Position numbers and translations under genes: made by a program
Notes under the pieces: model-generated
Told to the model about the DNA's origin: nothing
The model's database searches: none
The model's input: the letters and a program-made list of their open reading frames with translations, nothing else
Source of the DNA: Paragordius varius
Lineage: Eukaryota > Animalia > Nematomorpha
Length of the DNA stretch: 64,000 nt
Reading direction: 5' to 3'
NCBI GenBank assembly: GCA_964247055.1
Contig: OZ176057.1
Coordinates: forward strand, 1,426,001 to 1,490,000
Shown: positions 1-12,000 of the stretch, piece after piece
Layout of the letters: each line of letters opens with the position of its first letter
How positions within the stretch are numbered: the first letter of the stretch is position 1

Positions 1-33
1 TGAAAAATAAGTTTTTATCATTTCTTTGTGTCA
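1..33 (-). CDS. Micro-exon gene, exon 14 (partial, runs off window): (M)TQRNDKNLFF...
   Basis: Acceptor ttttctcag at 34-42 on the minus strand; phase-1 frame open to base 1. Confidence 0.55.
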
Positions 34-3000
34 CTGAGAAAATATATAACTTTTAAATCAATTTTGAGGTCACAAAAATTCATAAATTAATTTTAATATT
101 TAAATAAAATCACCTTTAATAATACACCAAAACACATCTCATAATCAATTTTAATAAACTTTAATTAATTATTAAAATGTCTCTAATAAATAATAATCAT
201 TTTTATGCATATTATGTTTAAACTTGTTGTAAGCTCGTCTGTGGTAGTTGATTGCGTGATAACTAATATATAAAAATTTTTAATTTGTTGAAACTCTACC
301 CATTATAATTTAAAAAATTTTGTATTCCTTAAATAAAATTTTAAAATTGTTTTTGCGAGGACAATAACCAATAATAGAATTTATGGGGCCGTTTTGCTAC
401 ATTTTTCAAAATATCCATTAATTTCAACACCTCGATTCAAATTTGGGTATCTAAAGTCTCCCCAGATCATGAAATCGATATTAATTAAAAACCACCCAAT
501 AGAATGGTCCTAAATTAAATTTATGTGTGTATCTTAAAGTACAATTTAATTTATATTTAAATAAAATTCAGTGTTTTTTTACAAAACTTATCAACCTACT
601 TCGACGCCATTCATAACAATTTTGCAAAATATCGTGTTTATTTGACTCTAACGCTAATAAGGTTTATTTTTTATTCAAATCACATCTAAGATTGATATAA
701 ACAAAAAAGGTGGTTTATAATGCATTATTTATATTTAGCTAATACACACATGTACTGACTATATTTTAAACTTGAATTGCATCCATAAAATAAGTAATAT
801 CAACTCAAAATAATAATAATGGCAAAAATATTTGAAAAAATTGATGACTTTCTTAATTACGATGGATGATGTTTTATTCTACAAAATGGATAGGGAAACC
901 TATTTCTTAGGAATTTGTGATACTTTTCCGAAAAAATAACTCGAATATTTAGGAATTATTATCGTAACTTCTATACATAAGAAAAAAGGTTTCCCTTAAG
1001 TTTTAGAAAAGTCTATTATTTTATGAAATCGATCAAAAAAGATGGAATCAGGAAATATATTATTTAAAAAATATGTGTTTGGTGGCGGAACCCAATTATT
1101 TTAATTTTAAACCTTATTAATTTGGTAAAAGAGTTATTTTCAATACTCTTTCAATATACTTAAAATTTAATAAAATTTGATTAAGGCGTGTATGGAATAA
1201 AAAAAGTTGTCTAAAATTAAATGATCAAAACTATCGTTAAAGTAAAGTTTGGGAAAATATTGTCAAATTTTAACCATTTGTTGATTTTTACGCTACTGTA
1301 TTATGAGAATTATTAATTTTTCATTAACTTGTAGTTGATTCCTCGGAAGTTATCAATTGCTTGGTAGCTATATAAAAAATTATAAAGATATCAAAAATTA
1401 TTGAATAAAAGTATTAATTTAATTTTGTTATTCTAATAATATTTAAGTTCGAAATAATAGGTGTTTTTTGTTTTACATACAAAGAGCGCCAAATTAGGGT
1501 CAAAATAGTCCCTATTTTCCTTATTTTAGTAAATATTCAAAAAAAATCAGGTGATACATTGCATCTAAGGGTAATAAACTAAAAACTTTTTTTAAGCGTT
1601 CGTCCATTATTTTCATTAAAATACTTATCGTTTAAATATTTTGTAATTAAGCTCGTGTTTTTAGAGCTTAGACATTTATTATAAGTAAAGCGTCTAATTT
1701 TTGAATGAAAATTATCAAAAAGATCGTATAGCATTATGGTTATTTGGGGATTCAACATATATAAATTTTTCTCAACATGACCTCTTAACGTTTGATAGTA
1801 AAACATGTGTGCTTAACCCGTTTGGCATCTGATATGGATTAATATAATTATTATATATAAACGTACGTTTTAAATAATATAGCACTACGACTTACTTTTC
1901 TAAATAGAAAAAAAAGGTTCATGACAGACCTAGATTTCGTATTGTTATCCGTTAAAAATAATTTCTCCTATTTCAAGAACACATATTTTTAACCAAATGT
2001 CAAGAGGTTAGGGCGCAAAAACTAAATGTTTAACATATTTGGTTCTGACACTTTACTTTATATAAATGTGGAATCTTATAACAAGACAAGCTTAAAAATT
2101 ATATATTCTTGTATTATCCATTGGCAAAAGCTGTTTTCAAAAATAAAAATTATATGACGAAAATTGATAAAACCGGCTGTTTGCTCAAAATTAATTTTTT
2201 AGTATATTTTTATATGGAGCGTGATACTCAAATTTCTTCTTACTCGAAAAGCTGATAATTTTTCCGTTCAAAAAACACAAAATTAAAAACCACATTTATT
2301 TTTTTTATAACATTACTAGCGTAAATCTCGTGCTGCTACGCAGCCCGAGGAAGTCCTTCGGACTTCTGGAGGGGGTGGGGGGGTTATTTGAAAAAAGGGA
2401 CAATAAAATGATCCACATATGTGGATTATTTCGAAACATTATTCAATAGCTATGATCTCATAGGAATTATAAAACGGTGCATTCATACATTGATTGTTTA
2501 CTTGAGGGAAAAATTGATGTAAAAAAATATTTATACATATGATAGAAACTCCTTACTCAGCAGCTATCATCAAAGAAACGCCTGACTAAAATTTTTGCCT
2601 TTCAACAGGGAATACGTGGATTCCATATAGAATTTTTACGGTCTCATACCTAGGGCAGAAAATCGATTTAAAAAATTATTTTTGTGGACTTTGTTTTTTG
2701 ATAAAAATGGCATTTTAGGGGGGGTTAGCGGGTAAAAAAAGGGCCTAAATTAAAAAAGTGACTCGACTATGTTCGGCGCAATCGAAAATAAGTAAAGAAA
2801 AATCATATTTGAAATAGAATGGACCAACACGTTGTCCGGAAAATTGTCTCAAAGACACGATTTTTGTGGGCTTCTGTTTTCAAAAAAAACCCGTTTTTCA
2901 CACGGAGTGGGCCCGAACTGAGGGCCTATTTTAAAAAAAGGGCGAAGCTATTGTCGGGGCATTCATTAATGATTATATTTTTTCGAAGTTTGGATTTGAA

Positions 3001-6000
3001 TGGGTCTACCGTACCAGATCACAAAGCCAGAATTTTCCATTTTTATAAATATATATATTTTCAATTTTATATTTACAAAAAGGTATTTTCAAATAGCTTT
3101 AATTTAGCAGAAAATGAATCCGTTTATGTGGAACAATAGCTAAAAATTTTTGGGTAGGTGTCAATTTTTTATCACGCTATTAATAAATATTTTTATTTTT
3201 ATCAATTGGTTTTAAAGAATTTATTTTTTCAATCAAAAAATGGCTGCCCCAAGGCTATCAAATTTTTATTTTATACACAAAAAACAAAATAAATACTTTT
3301 TATGTTTATGATCATATATAATGAGAATGTCATCACCAAACCCCAAATAATATAAAAAGATAACTAATACATCCGAGAAATTTGTCTGAATTTTGTCTCT
3401 ATATGATTTTTACTAAGGACGTGAAAAAGGTTCCAAATTTCTAAATAAAACCCCAAACTTTATCAATTCATATTTAATATTATATTTCCTTGAGAAAACC
3501 CAATTAACTCTAAAATAACCAATTTATACAAATTCAAATATAATATGTTTTAACATTAACTAGCAAGTTTTTTATACAATGCGGATAATTTAAGTACCTT
3601 TTATGGTGTTTTTAATTTATATATTATATAATAACTTTTCTTTTTTAACATATTATAAAATTTAATTTATTTCTCAGTAGGAAAAGCAATAAGTTTTTTA
3701 TAATTTTTAATTCATTTTGTAACAAAAGTTCAGGGTTTATAAAGAGATTCAATAGAAATTTGAAGTTTAACATCCTCTTATTTTTATAAAAATTTCGATT
3801 TTCCATTCATTGTTAAATATGATTTCAAACTTGTGGTCGGTTCCTCGGTAGTTGTCGACTGTGTGGTACCTGATTTATAAATACAAAGGTATATATTAAA
3901 ATAATTTAAAAAATGATATTATATTGTTTTACAATGAAAGTTTTTTGCTATTTCATGCATAATGTACAAAATTTAGGTCAAAAAATAGTTTTTTAACCCT
4001 ATTTTTAGATAATGCCGACCTCAGAAAATTGGGGATATATTGCATACAAGGATGGACTTTAAATATATAATTAGATGTGTACATAATTAAAATGTGTTTG
4101 CAATAAGCTCCGACATTTATGAAGTAAAGAGTATAAATTCTGTGAATCAGTAGGATCATATTTAGAATCATCTTAACTTGCATACAAAAAATATATAAAT
4201 TTTAACTAAAAATATGTCTGGAAACGCTTATTTTCGCAGACTAACTTCTAATTAATTGGCAACATGTGATTAACCCGTTAGGCTGAAAATCGTGAAACAT
4301 ATTAAAACAATAAATTGGTTAAAAAACTTCGACACTAAAAAAATATTTCGTCTTATTTCAATTATAATATATTAAAATAGATATATGACAATACAAATTT
4401 AAATAATTGTTGTTGTTATGTATTGTTGTGGTCATTTTTAGGTTATGTTGGTATTATGTCTATTTATGCGATTTGATAACAATTTAGCCATAAATTAAGA
4501 TTGATCTACAAAATTTTAAATATCATAATTGGTTAAAGAGAAGCTAACAATACTTTTCATAATATAATGTAAAAACTTTGGTTTGATAATAAAAAATTTA
4601 AATATTAACAGCTGATTTAAAACAGTTGTTGAAAAAAACGTGATCCCTAAACCTTTTTCAAAGCGATAATTTTGACCCTAAAATCGCCACACTCTATGTA
4701 AAAACAAGAATAAATATTATTAATTATTGATAAAACCTGTTAGGGGTAAAATAGGTTGTTATAGCTATTTTTGTAAACAATTACTTTTATGTTGCCAAAA
4801 TTAATTTGTAAAAAAAAATATTTGATTTAGATAGGAAAAAGTATGATATTAAAATGAAAAATATCTAAAAAAATTTTTTTTCATATTTGCTTATATATAT
4901 TTTTATATTCATTAGAAGGCTTTTTATAAAGCCATATATATGTATTGGTTTGTCAGTTGGCAAAAACATTTTAATATTCAATATGTATATCATTATTAAT
5001 AAACCGTTCAAAAAAAGATTTTACAAAATTTTGTAAGTACTTTTTAATTATATTAAATATCATTTTTGTACTTTTGATGCTTTTTTTAATATGTCAAAGC
5101 TTTACCATAACATTTACAGTTCAAAATCACCCTTGAACAAATTCACCCTTGAACAATTCATTGAACAAATATAAATCACCTTGAAATAAATTAAGTGTTT
5201 TCAAAAATTACTAATTTTTTCATATTTTTAAAAAATGAAATATTTCGTTTAAAATTTACATAATGTGAAATAATAAACTATGCCATTAGGATATATTTCA
5301 TATTAATGATGAGTATTAGACCGACAGAAAACACATAATTTATTTTTAGGGTGTAAATTGTTCAAGGGTTAATTTGAATTGCTCGAGGGGGATTTGAATT
5401 GTTTAAGGGTGAATTTGAATTGTAAATGGTATAAATAAGTATGTTTTATATTTTGTGCATTATATTACAAATTTGCAGTCAGTATAAAATTTTCTAATAC
5501 AGGTAATTTTTGAAAATCAGTTACTATTGCAATGCATCTCAAACTTTAAAATTAAAAGTGATGATAATCATTAGGAAAAAATATAAGAGGAAAGCCAAAT
5601 TTTTGACACAAAAATATAAAGGTAAAGGATTATATCGAGATTTTCTATCGGACAAAAGTTAAAAGACACTACAAATTATTATATAGAATTTTCAATTTTG
5701 TAGGATTCAGGAAATTAATTATTTTTTATGCCTTGATAATCTTAAAATATTATTAAAAAAATTTCAATTAGAGTTTATGATTGTATATGAAATTATATTT
5801 AATTTAAAGGATATTAAATAAACTAATTTATCAACTAATATAACATAAAATTTTTTCAAAAATTAAAAAAAAGTATATAATTAAATAATCTAAAATTGTA
5901 ACTTGTTGTTGGTTGCTCGCTAGTTGTCATATTCGTCATTGCTAAGAAATAAAAAATATTTTTAAATGCAAGTTTTTTAATTTAATTTAAATTCTTTCAT

Positions 6001-9000
6001 TCTGAATTGAATGATATTATAAATATCAGGTATGAGGTTAATAACATTTTATTCTAAGTATAAAATACTTACAGAGATTGTTTTGAATCAAAAAATAAGC
6101 AAAAACTTAGAAGTTTTTTTGTTACAATTAAAATAATTTTCTCTCAAATAATTTTGATATTATATAGCCTAAAAATAACTTTCATCACCAAACTCGCAAT
6201 ATAAAGATACATTAAGTTAATGACACGTATCCTAGAGATAATATATTTCTAATCCATGTTTTTTAAGGAATGAGATCTATACATACAATTGCATGCATCT
6301 TTATCAGAGGCTTAGCTTGCATTTCTGGCGCCCGAGAATCCGAGATGGCACGCCCATGCACCTTGCATTTTTAAAAAAATTATCAATAAACCGGGGTCAT
6401 AGTACTCCTAAATAGATGATTTTTTTGAATTATTTAAAATAATAACTTTTAAATACATATTTTTTTTGCAATAAAATTAAAATATTTTAAAATCCGGGGC
6501 CCCTTCAACTATGGCGCCCCGTGCATAAGCCCCCCCTTTTCCTCCCCCTAGCTACGCCTATTTTGCAATCCAAAATACAATGAATGGGTTTATAATATGT
6601 AAGTTTTTTATAAATATTAAATCTAATTATAACATATGGGTCTTTACTTTTTATGTTTTATTTTCATTATGGTATTAATTTTTATTAAAATTTTTATTGG
6701 CTATGTATGAGATTTTTTAATTTTTTGATTAAATATTAAAGAATTTTAGAGAGTACCTCCGTTTGATAAAGTCAAGAAATTATATTTAGATTCAATTTTT
6801 GATTCAATTATAGCTTCTGAACCTATTGGGGTAGTTTTCACCATAGGGCCATTTGAAATTTAAATAAAAAAATATATTTAGCATTGGGACTTTAAAAATA
6901 TGCTTTTTATAACCTTTTGGGCGTATAACAAAATTTTTAAACATGTAAAATTGTAGAAATCTCACCTCAAACTTTTTCGTAGTGCCATTTTATTTTTTTG
7001 CAATTGTAAATACACGCGAAACTTTATATTATGGTAAAAAATATAATTAATTAATTTTGGGAAGATGAAATTCAACTAACCAAAATTTTTGGATATTTTT
7101 TGATTTTAATTTCAGCTGTTCGCCATAATGTTGGAGTGTCTGGATTATGGGACTGAGAAGTAAGTTACACTTTAAAAATATTATCATTTTGTAAATCTAA
7201 TACCGGAGAAAAGGCGCTGATAATTAAATATTAACCAAAGAAGCGTTAAAAACAGTAGTTTGTTTATTACTTTATGTTCTAGGGTTCAGAAGTATGTCCC
7301 AAAATGTCATCGTGAATTAAAAATGATAATTTTAAGTGTTAAAACTTTAAAATAGCAGAAAAATCCATGAGTTTTATTTGCTTGTTATAAAATATAAAAC
7401 AAACAATATTATAAATGTGGCTGTTTAAAAGATGAATTAGGCGAAATAGAAAGTGGTTTATTTAAAACATACACACTCTACCATCCAACCATATATAATT
7501 AAAATCCATCTGTCTTTTTCAATCTAATTTCTTCATTAAATATATTTATATTATTGTTTATATTAATTCATAAGCCTAAAAATTGGGAATCTTATGTTAA
7601 CTGTTTTTTACGACGACGACCTCCGCTTTTCACTTAAAAAATTCTTAAAGCTTAATTGGAACCGGGTATTTCATTGCAAACAGAACGCCATTATATATTG
7701 CTAATAATTTAAAATAAAGCTTAAATCATTTAGTTGATGAGACATAATATGTGATTTATTTTGCTTTCATGTTAAAACATTTTTTTGTGTAAATAAAATC
7801 TAAAGTTTCTCTTAATTATTTCTAATTTCACTTATTATTAAAATAATTCCAAGTTTCTTTTAATGTGCATAATTGCTCTCTGGGGATATAAATAAATTTA
7901 AAATTTACCATGATTCACTCAATTATTATTAAAGTTTTAAAACTAACTTGTAAAAGGTATTGTAGTTGGTGGACTGGTCGCTAAAAATTATGTAAAATAT
8001 TTTCATAAAAAATTATTTATCATAGTGGTCAATTAATAAAAAGTAGGCATAATAAAGCAAATATATGAAATAATTATCTGGTCAAGTTTAAGGATACTTA
8101 TGAGTAATACTGAAACTTATTTTTAAGATGGAGACAATGATGGCCTAACTTCAGAATTTGAGATACATTTGAAGTACACACGCAATATAAAAAAATAAAT
8201 GCAAAAACAGAAAACAGATTTTTTCCATATCGTCTTTTGATTCAACCAATAATTTTAAAATTTTCTTACCATAATTAACCAAAGTAACATGAAAAAACCA
8301 AAACAGTTGAAGTACCTCCTAATGATTTATTTGAATTAACCGTATATGTGATTTTATTAAATTTATTGAAATCTTGTAAACAGACGATTAAATTGTTTTT
8401 TAATTTTACTCTCTTTTCTATAAAACTGTTTTGGAGGTGTAAAAATTTGTATTACTAACTGCACAATGAAGATTTGACATTAGTTTTAAGGTACATAAAA
8501 CCTAGCTAATCTTAAAAATAAGACTATCCAAAAAATTGAAAAGTGTTATGATCAGCATCACTAGCCTATATAAATACTGTTATTTAAAAGAATTAGAGTG
8601 GGCTCTCCAGAGGGCAGGTCCACTGTAGTGAGAAAAAATAATGAATCTCTCTTTTTTCCCTAAAATTTAAGGAATAAGGAATTAATTGTATTAGAACTTG
8701 TCAAAGCTATAAAACTCTCTCCTGTCCAGGGCTGACAGTTTAAATTTAAATAATTTCAAAGGTCCTAGGCCTTAACTATTTGGTCCTTACGCTTCACTGT
8801 AATAAATGGCAATAAATACGATTATAAAAAGTATATTTAGTGAGGATGATTAGAAATAAATTGAGAAATATATAATTGTTTAAAAATTAAAAAAGCTTCA
8901 AAAACTTAATTAAATATTTCTTAAATTAAATACTTGTATTAAATTCAGTGGATATGGTGTTGGCAGTTGCTTTATTAAAATAAATACCGCAAAATTATTT

Positions 9001-12000
9001 ATTAAATATAATTAATTTTTAGCTGTGTTTTTGTATTGAATGAAAATTTTTTTATACTTGAAAGTGGTTGACTAGTTGTAGATTGATTGGAAGCTAGATT
9101 AACATATTTAAAAATAAATATTTTAATACAAAAATGAAAAATAATTGTTGTTATAGAAAGATTTTTCTTACAACTACAATCAAATAATCAAAGTTAAATG
9201 TGTTTCCAATTTACACTTTTTAAACACGTCCAACACAGATGGTTTGGCGGGCCGCATATGGAAATATGGGCCTTGACAAATATTTTTTTATATTAATTTT
9301 GGACATAAGAATGTAAAACGACAACTATTTATTTAAAATATTTACGAGTTCATTGCCGAAATTGGGAAAGAATCAAAAAATTTTGTCTAAATTTTGTATT
9401 TATATTTTCTGCCGGGCCGCAGAAATTTTTTGAAGGGTTACGAGTTGAGGACCCCTGATCTAAACCTTAGTTTTGTAAAAATTATAGTTTATAGTTCCTG
9501 GAGATGAGAGGTGAAAATTGTGATTACATATTATAATTATTTAATGTATGAAAATGAAACTTATAAAAAATATGGTTTTTTTCTGTAAAAAATTAAGTGA
9601 CTGTTAAAATGAACTTTTTTCGTCTTTTAATTAAATTAAAATTTTTAATTTTGTATTATAAAAAATTTATATAACATAATAAATAGCAAAAGTTGCCTCA
9701 GGTCTCCTTAACCTGTAGAATTTATTTTAGGAGGAGGTTGTGATTCGAATGATGTCGGAAAATATTTTATAATTATTTTCCATAAAAACTTATGAAAAAT
9801 AATTATATGTATATTGGATCAAAGATAATACCTTCTAAATTTTTATAAACAATCAAAGAAAAATTTTAAGATTCCATTATAATTATTATATATTTAACTA
9901 TTCAAAAAATTAAAATACGGTAACAATAATTAGATGGCGAATTTTCGGCTATACGAAAATGAATTAGTGAAATTTCATTTATACATATTGTAAACAACCT
10001 ATAAAACACTGTGAACTCTATTATGGAAACGAAATTCAGATTGCAGCAGTCTCAGATGATTCTAGTCACGTAAAGTTTAAATTTTACGGATCTTACCTAT
10101 TCAAATATTTGAATTTATAAATTATATATGATGCAAATACAGTCATGGAATATCTATTATTTATGTATTTGTATTTTTTGATATATTCCAAAATAACCCC
10201 AAAGCAAATGTATACAATAGGCATTTTAATAGTTGTTTATTTCACACTATAGTTGGGCGATTCGCAGTAGTATATAGAAAAAAAGGAAAAAATTATTTAT
10301 ATAAAATTTTGTTGTTTTTCCACACACTACTGTGTTGCAAATTGCCCTACTATATTGTGAAATAAGCAATCATTAAAATGCACACTCTATAAAGCTCTAT
10401 TTTTGTAATACAAGCATTTTCAATTTCATATACTACCTCTATGATTTAACTTTAAACAAACAACATACAAAACATAAAGGCAAAAAAAATTTAGAAAGAC
10501 GCAATATTACTTTTAAAACCTTGAGATTACCGTAAAAACCAACTTCCTAATGGTTGCTTATTTCAAACTATAATTGGGCAATTCGCACCATATTAGTCGA
10601 TGGTAACCACATAACGTAAGAAAGGAGTAAATTCTTTATTCAACATTTTATTGTTTTTCCATACACTACTGTGTTGTAAATAATTCAACTATAGTGTTGA
10701 ATAAGCAACCATAAAAATGCATACTCTAATTGAGTTACAACCAATATCTTATATTAACCATTTCGTCTCAAAACGATGAGAGTTTTATAAAAAATCACGA
10801 TTTAATACCCGGTTTTTTTATAAACAAAAAATTTTTTTTTATTTTTACGCTTTTGTATGTATATTAATTTAAGTTTCTGCAATGGCTCAAAATTTTTGTA
10901 TCAAAAAATATTGCATTTTTTTTTCTATTTTTAGCTATTATTAAATTAAATGTCAACTTATTTGGAGAATAAGGACGATTGATTTTGTTAAATTTTGTTT
11001 GAAACTATTTTTTTGTTCTTATAATTTTACGTTTTGTTCACACTATTTATACAAATATAAATTTTTCATATAAAATTCGTCTTTCAAAATATTATATTTT
11101 TCGTGGCTCTTTAAACAGATTTTTCTAAAAAAATGTAATTTTAAATTTCGTAAAAAAATAAAATTTATACAATAAAATTGTTAACAAATTGCAAAGCAGC
11201 TATAATTACAGAATATCTGAACCAGCTATAACAACAAAAATCATTTTTTGTCAATAATTTTATAAAATTAAATTAGTAATTTGTGAATCGTTTTTCAAAT
11301 TAAATATTTTTTTATATTTTTTTATGATAAATAATATTTTTTAAAAAAATATAAAAAAAAATATAAAAATTTTAAAATACCCAATGAATATATCAATATA
11401 TATGAAGGAATAGTCATCTCTACAACTATTTAAAATTATTTTTTTATTTTATCATTAAATAGCTCTTTTATTTCTAATTTAACTTTTTTTTGTAAAAAAT
11501 ATATACAAATTTAAATAATACTGGTGGTCGTATTCAATGGTATAGCTAAAATTAATATAAAATTAAAATTAAAATAAACTATTTATATTTTAATCTTTTT
11601 AAAATATTAATTTAGTAATTTACCTGTAGTTATGACAATAACCAGAGTTTCTAAAATTGAAATATAATTTTGATTGTTATAATTATTAAATTGTGGATTA
11701 GGATATACCTGGAATGGTTTATACAAGTCTTGTGGCGCTAAAAAACAATATTTTTAAAAAATTATAGAAAAAATTATTATTTATAATTAAAAAGTATTAA
11801 AAAATAATATATTGTGATATTGCAAAAATTGTTTAAATGCCCCAAAAAATTTGAAAAACAAGTGTAATTTAGAGTAAAAATTGAAATTATACAGACAATG
11901 GAAAAATGATAAATATTTTTTGAAAAGATACCCATACTACTTTTTAAACCTTAACTTTTATTTAATTACATTTGAAAAATATGTAATTCATTCTACCAAT

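Noticed and set aside
1579-4183. Short ORFs in the track (1579-1806, 2819-3139, 3953-4183) and similar 60-100 aa AT-rich ORFs elsewhere
   Set aside because: Low-complexity I/F/K/N/Y-rich translations typical of random AT-rich DNA, or antisense shadows of transposon ORFs.
6073-6105. 33-nt symmetric open segment with a strong GTAAGT donor (FAYFLIQNNL) as a further micro-exon
   Set aside because: Poor acceptor context and a composition unlike the other exons; easily arises by chance in AT-rich DNA.
7582-7632. 31-nt AG/GT-bounded segment with CGT repeats as a micro-exon
   Set aside because: Not a multiple of 3, not Thr/Ser-rich, and the other frames contain stops.
8050-8790. Possible ZMYM-type hAT transposase relic ending in tacgcttcactg
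   Set aside because: Only vague motif traces and one candidate terminus; not enough to call.
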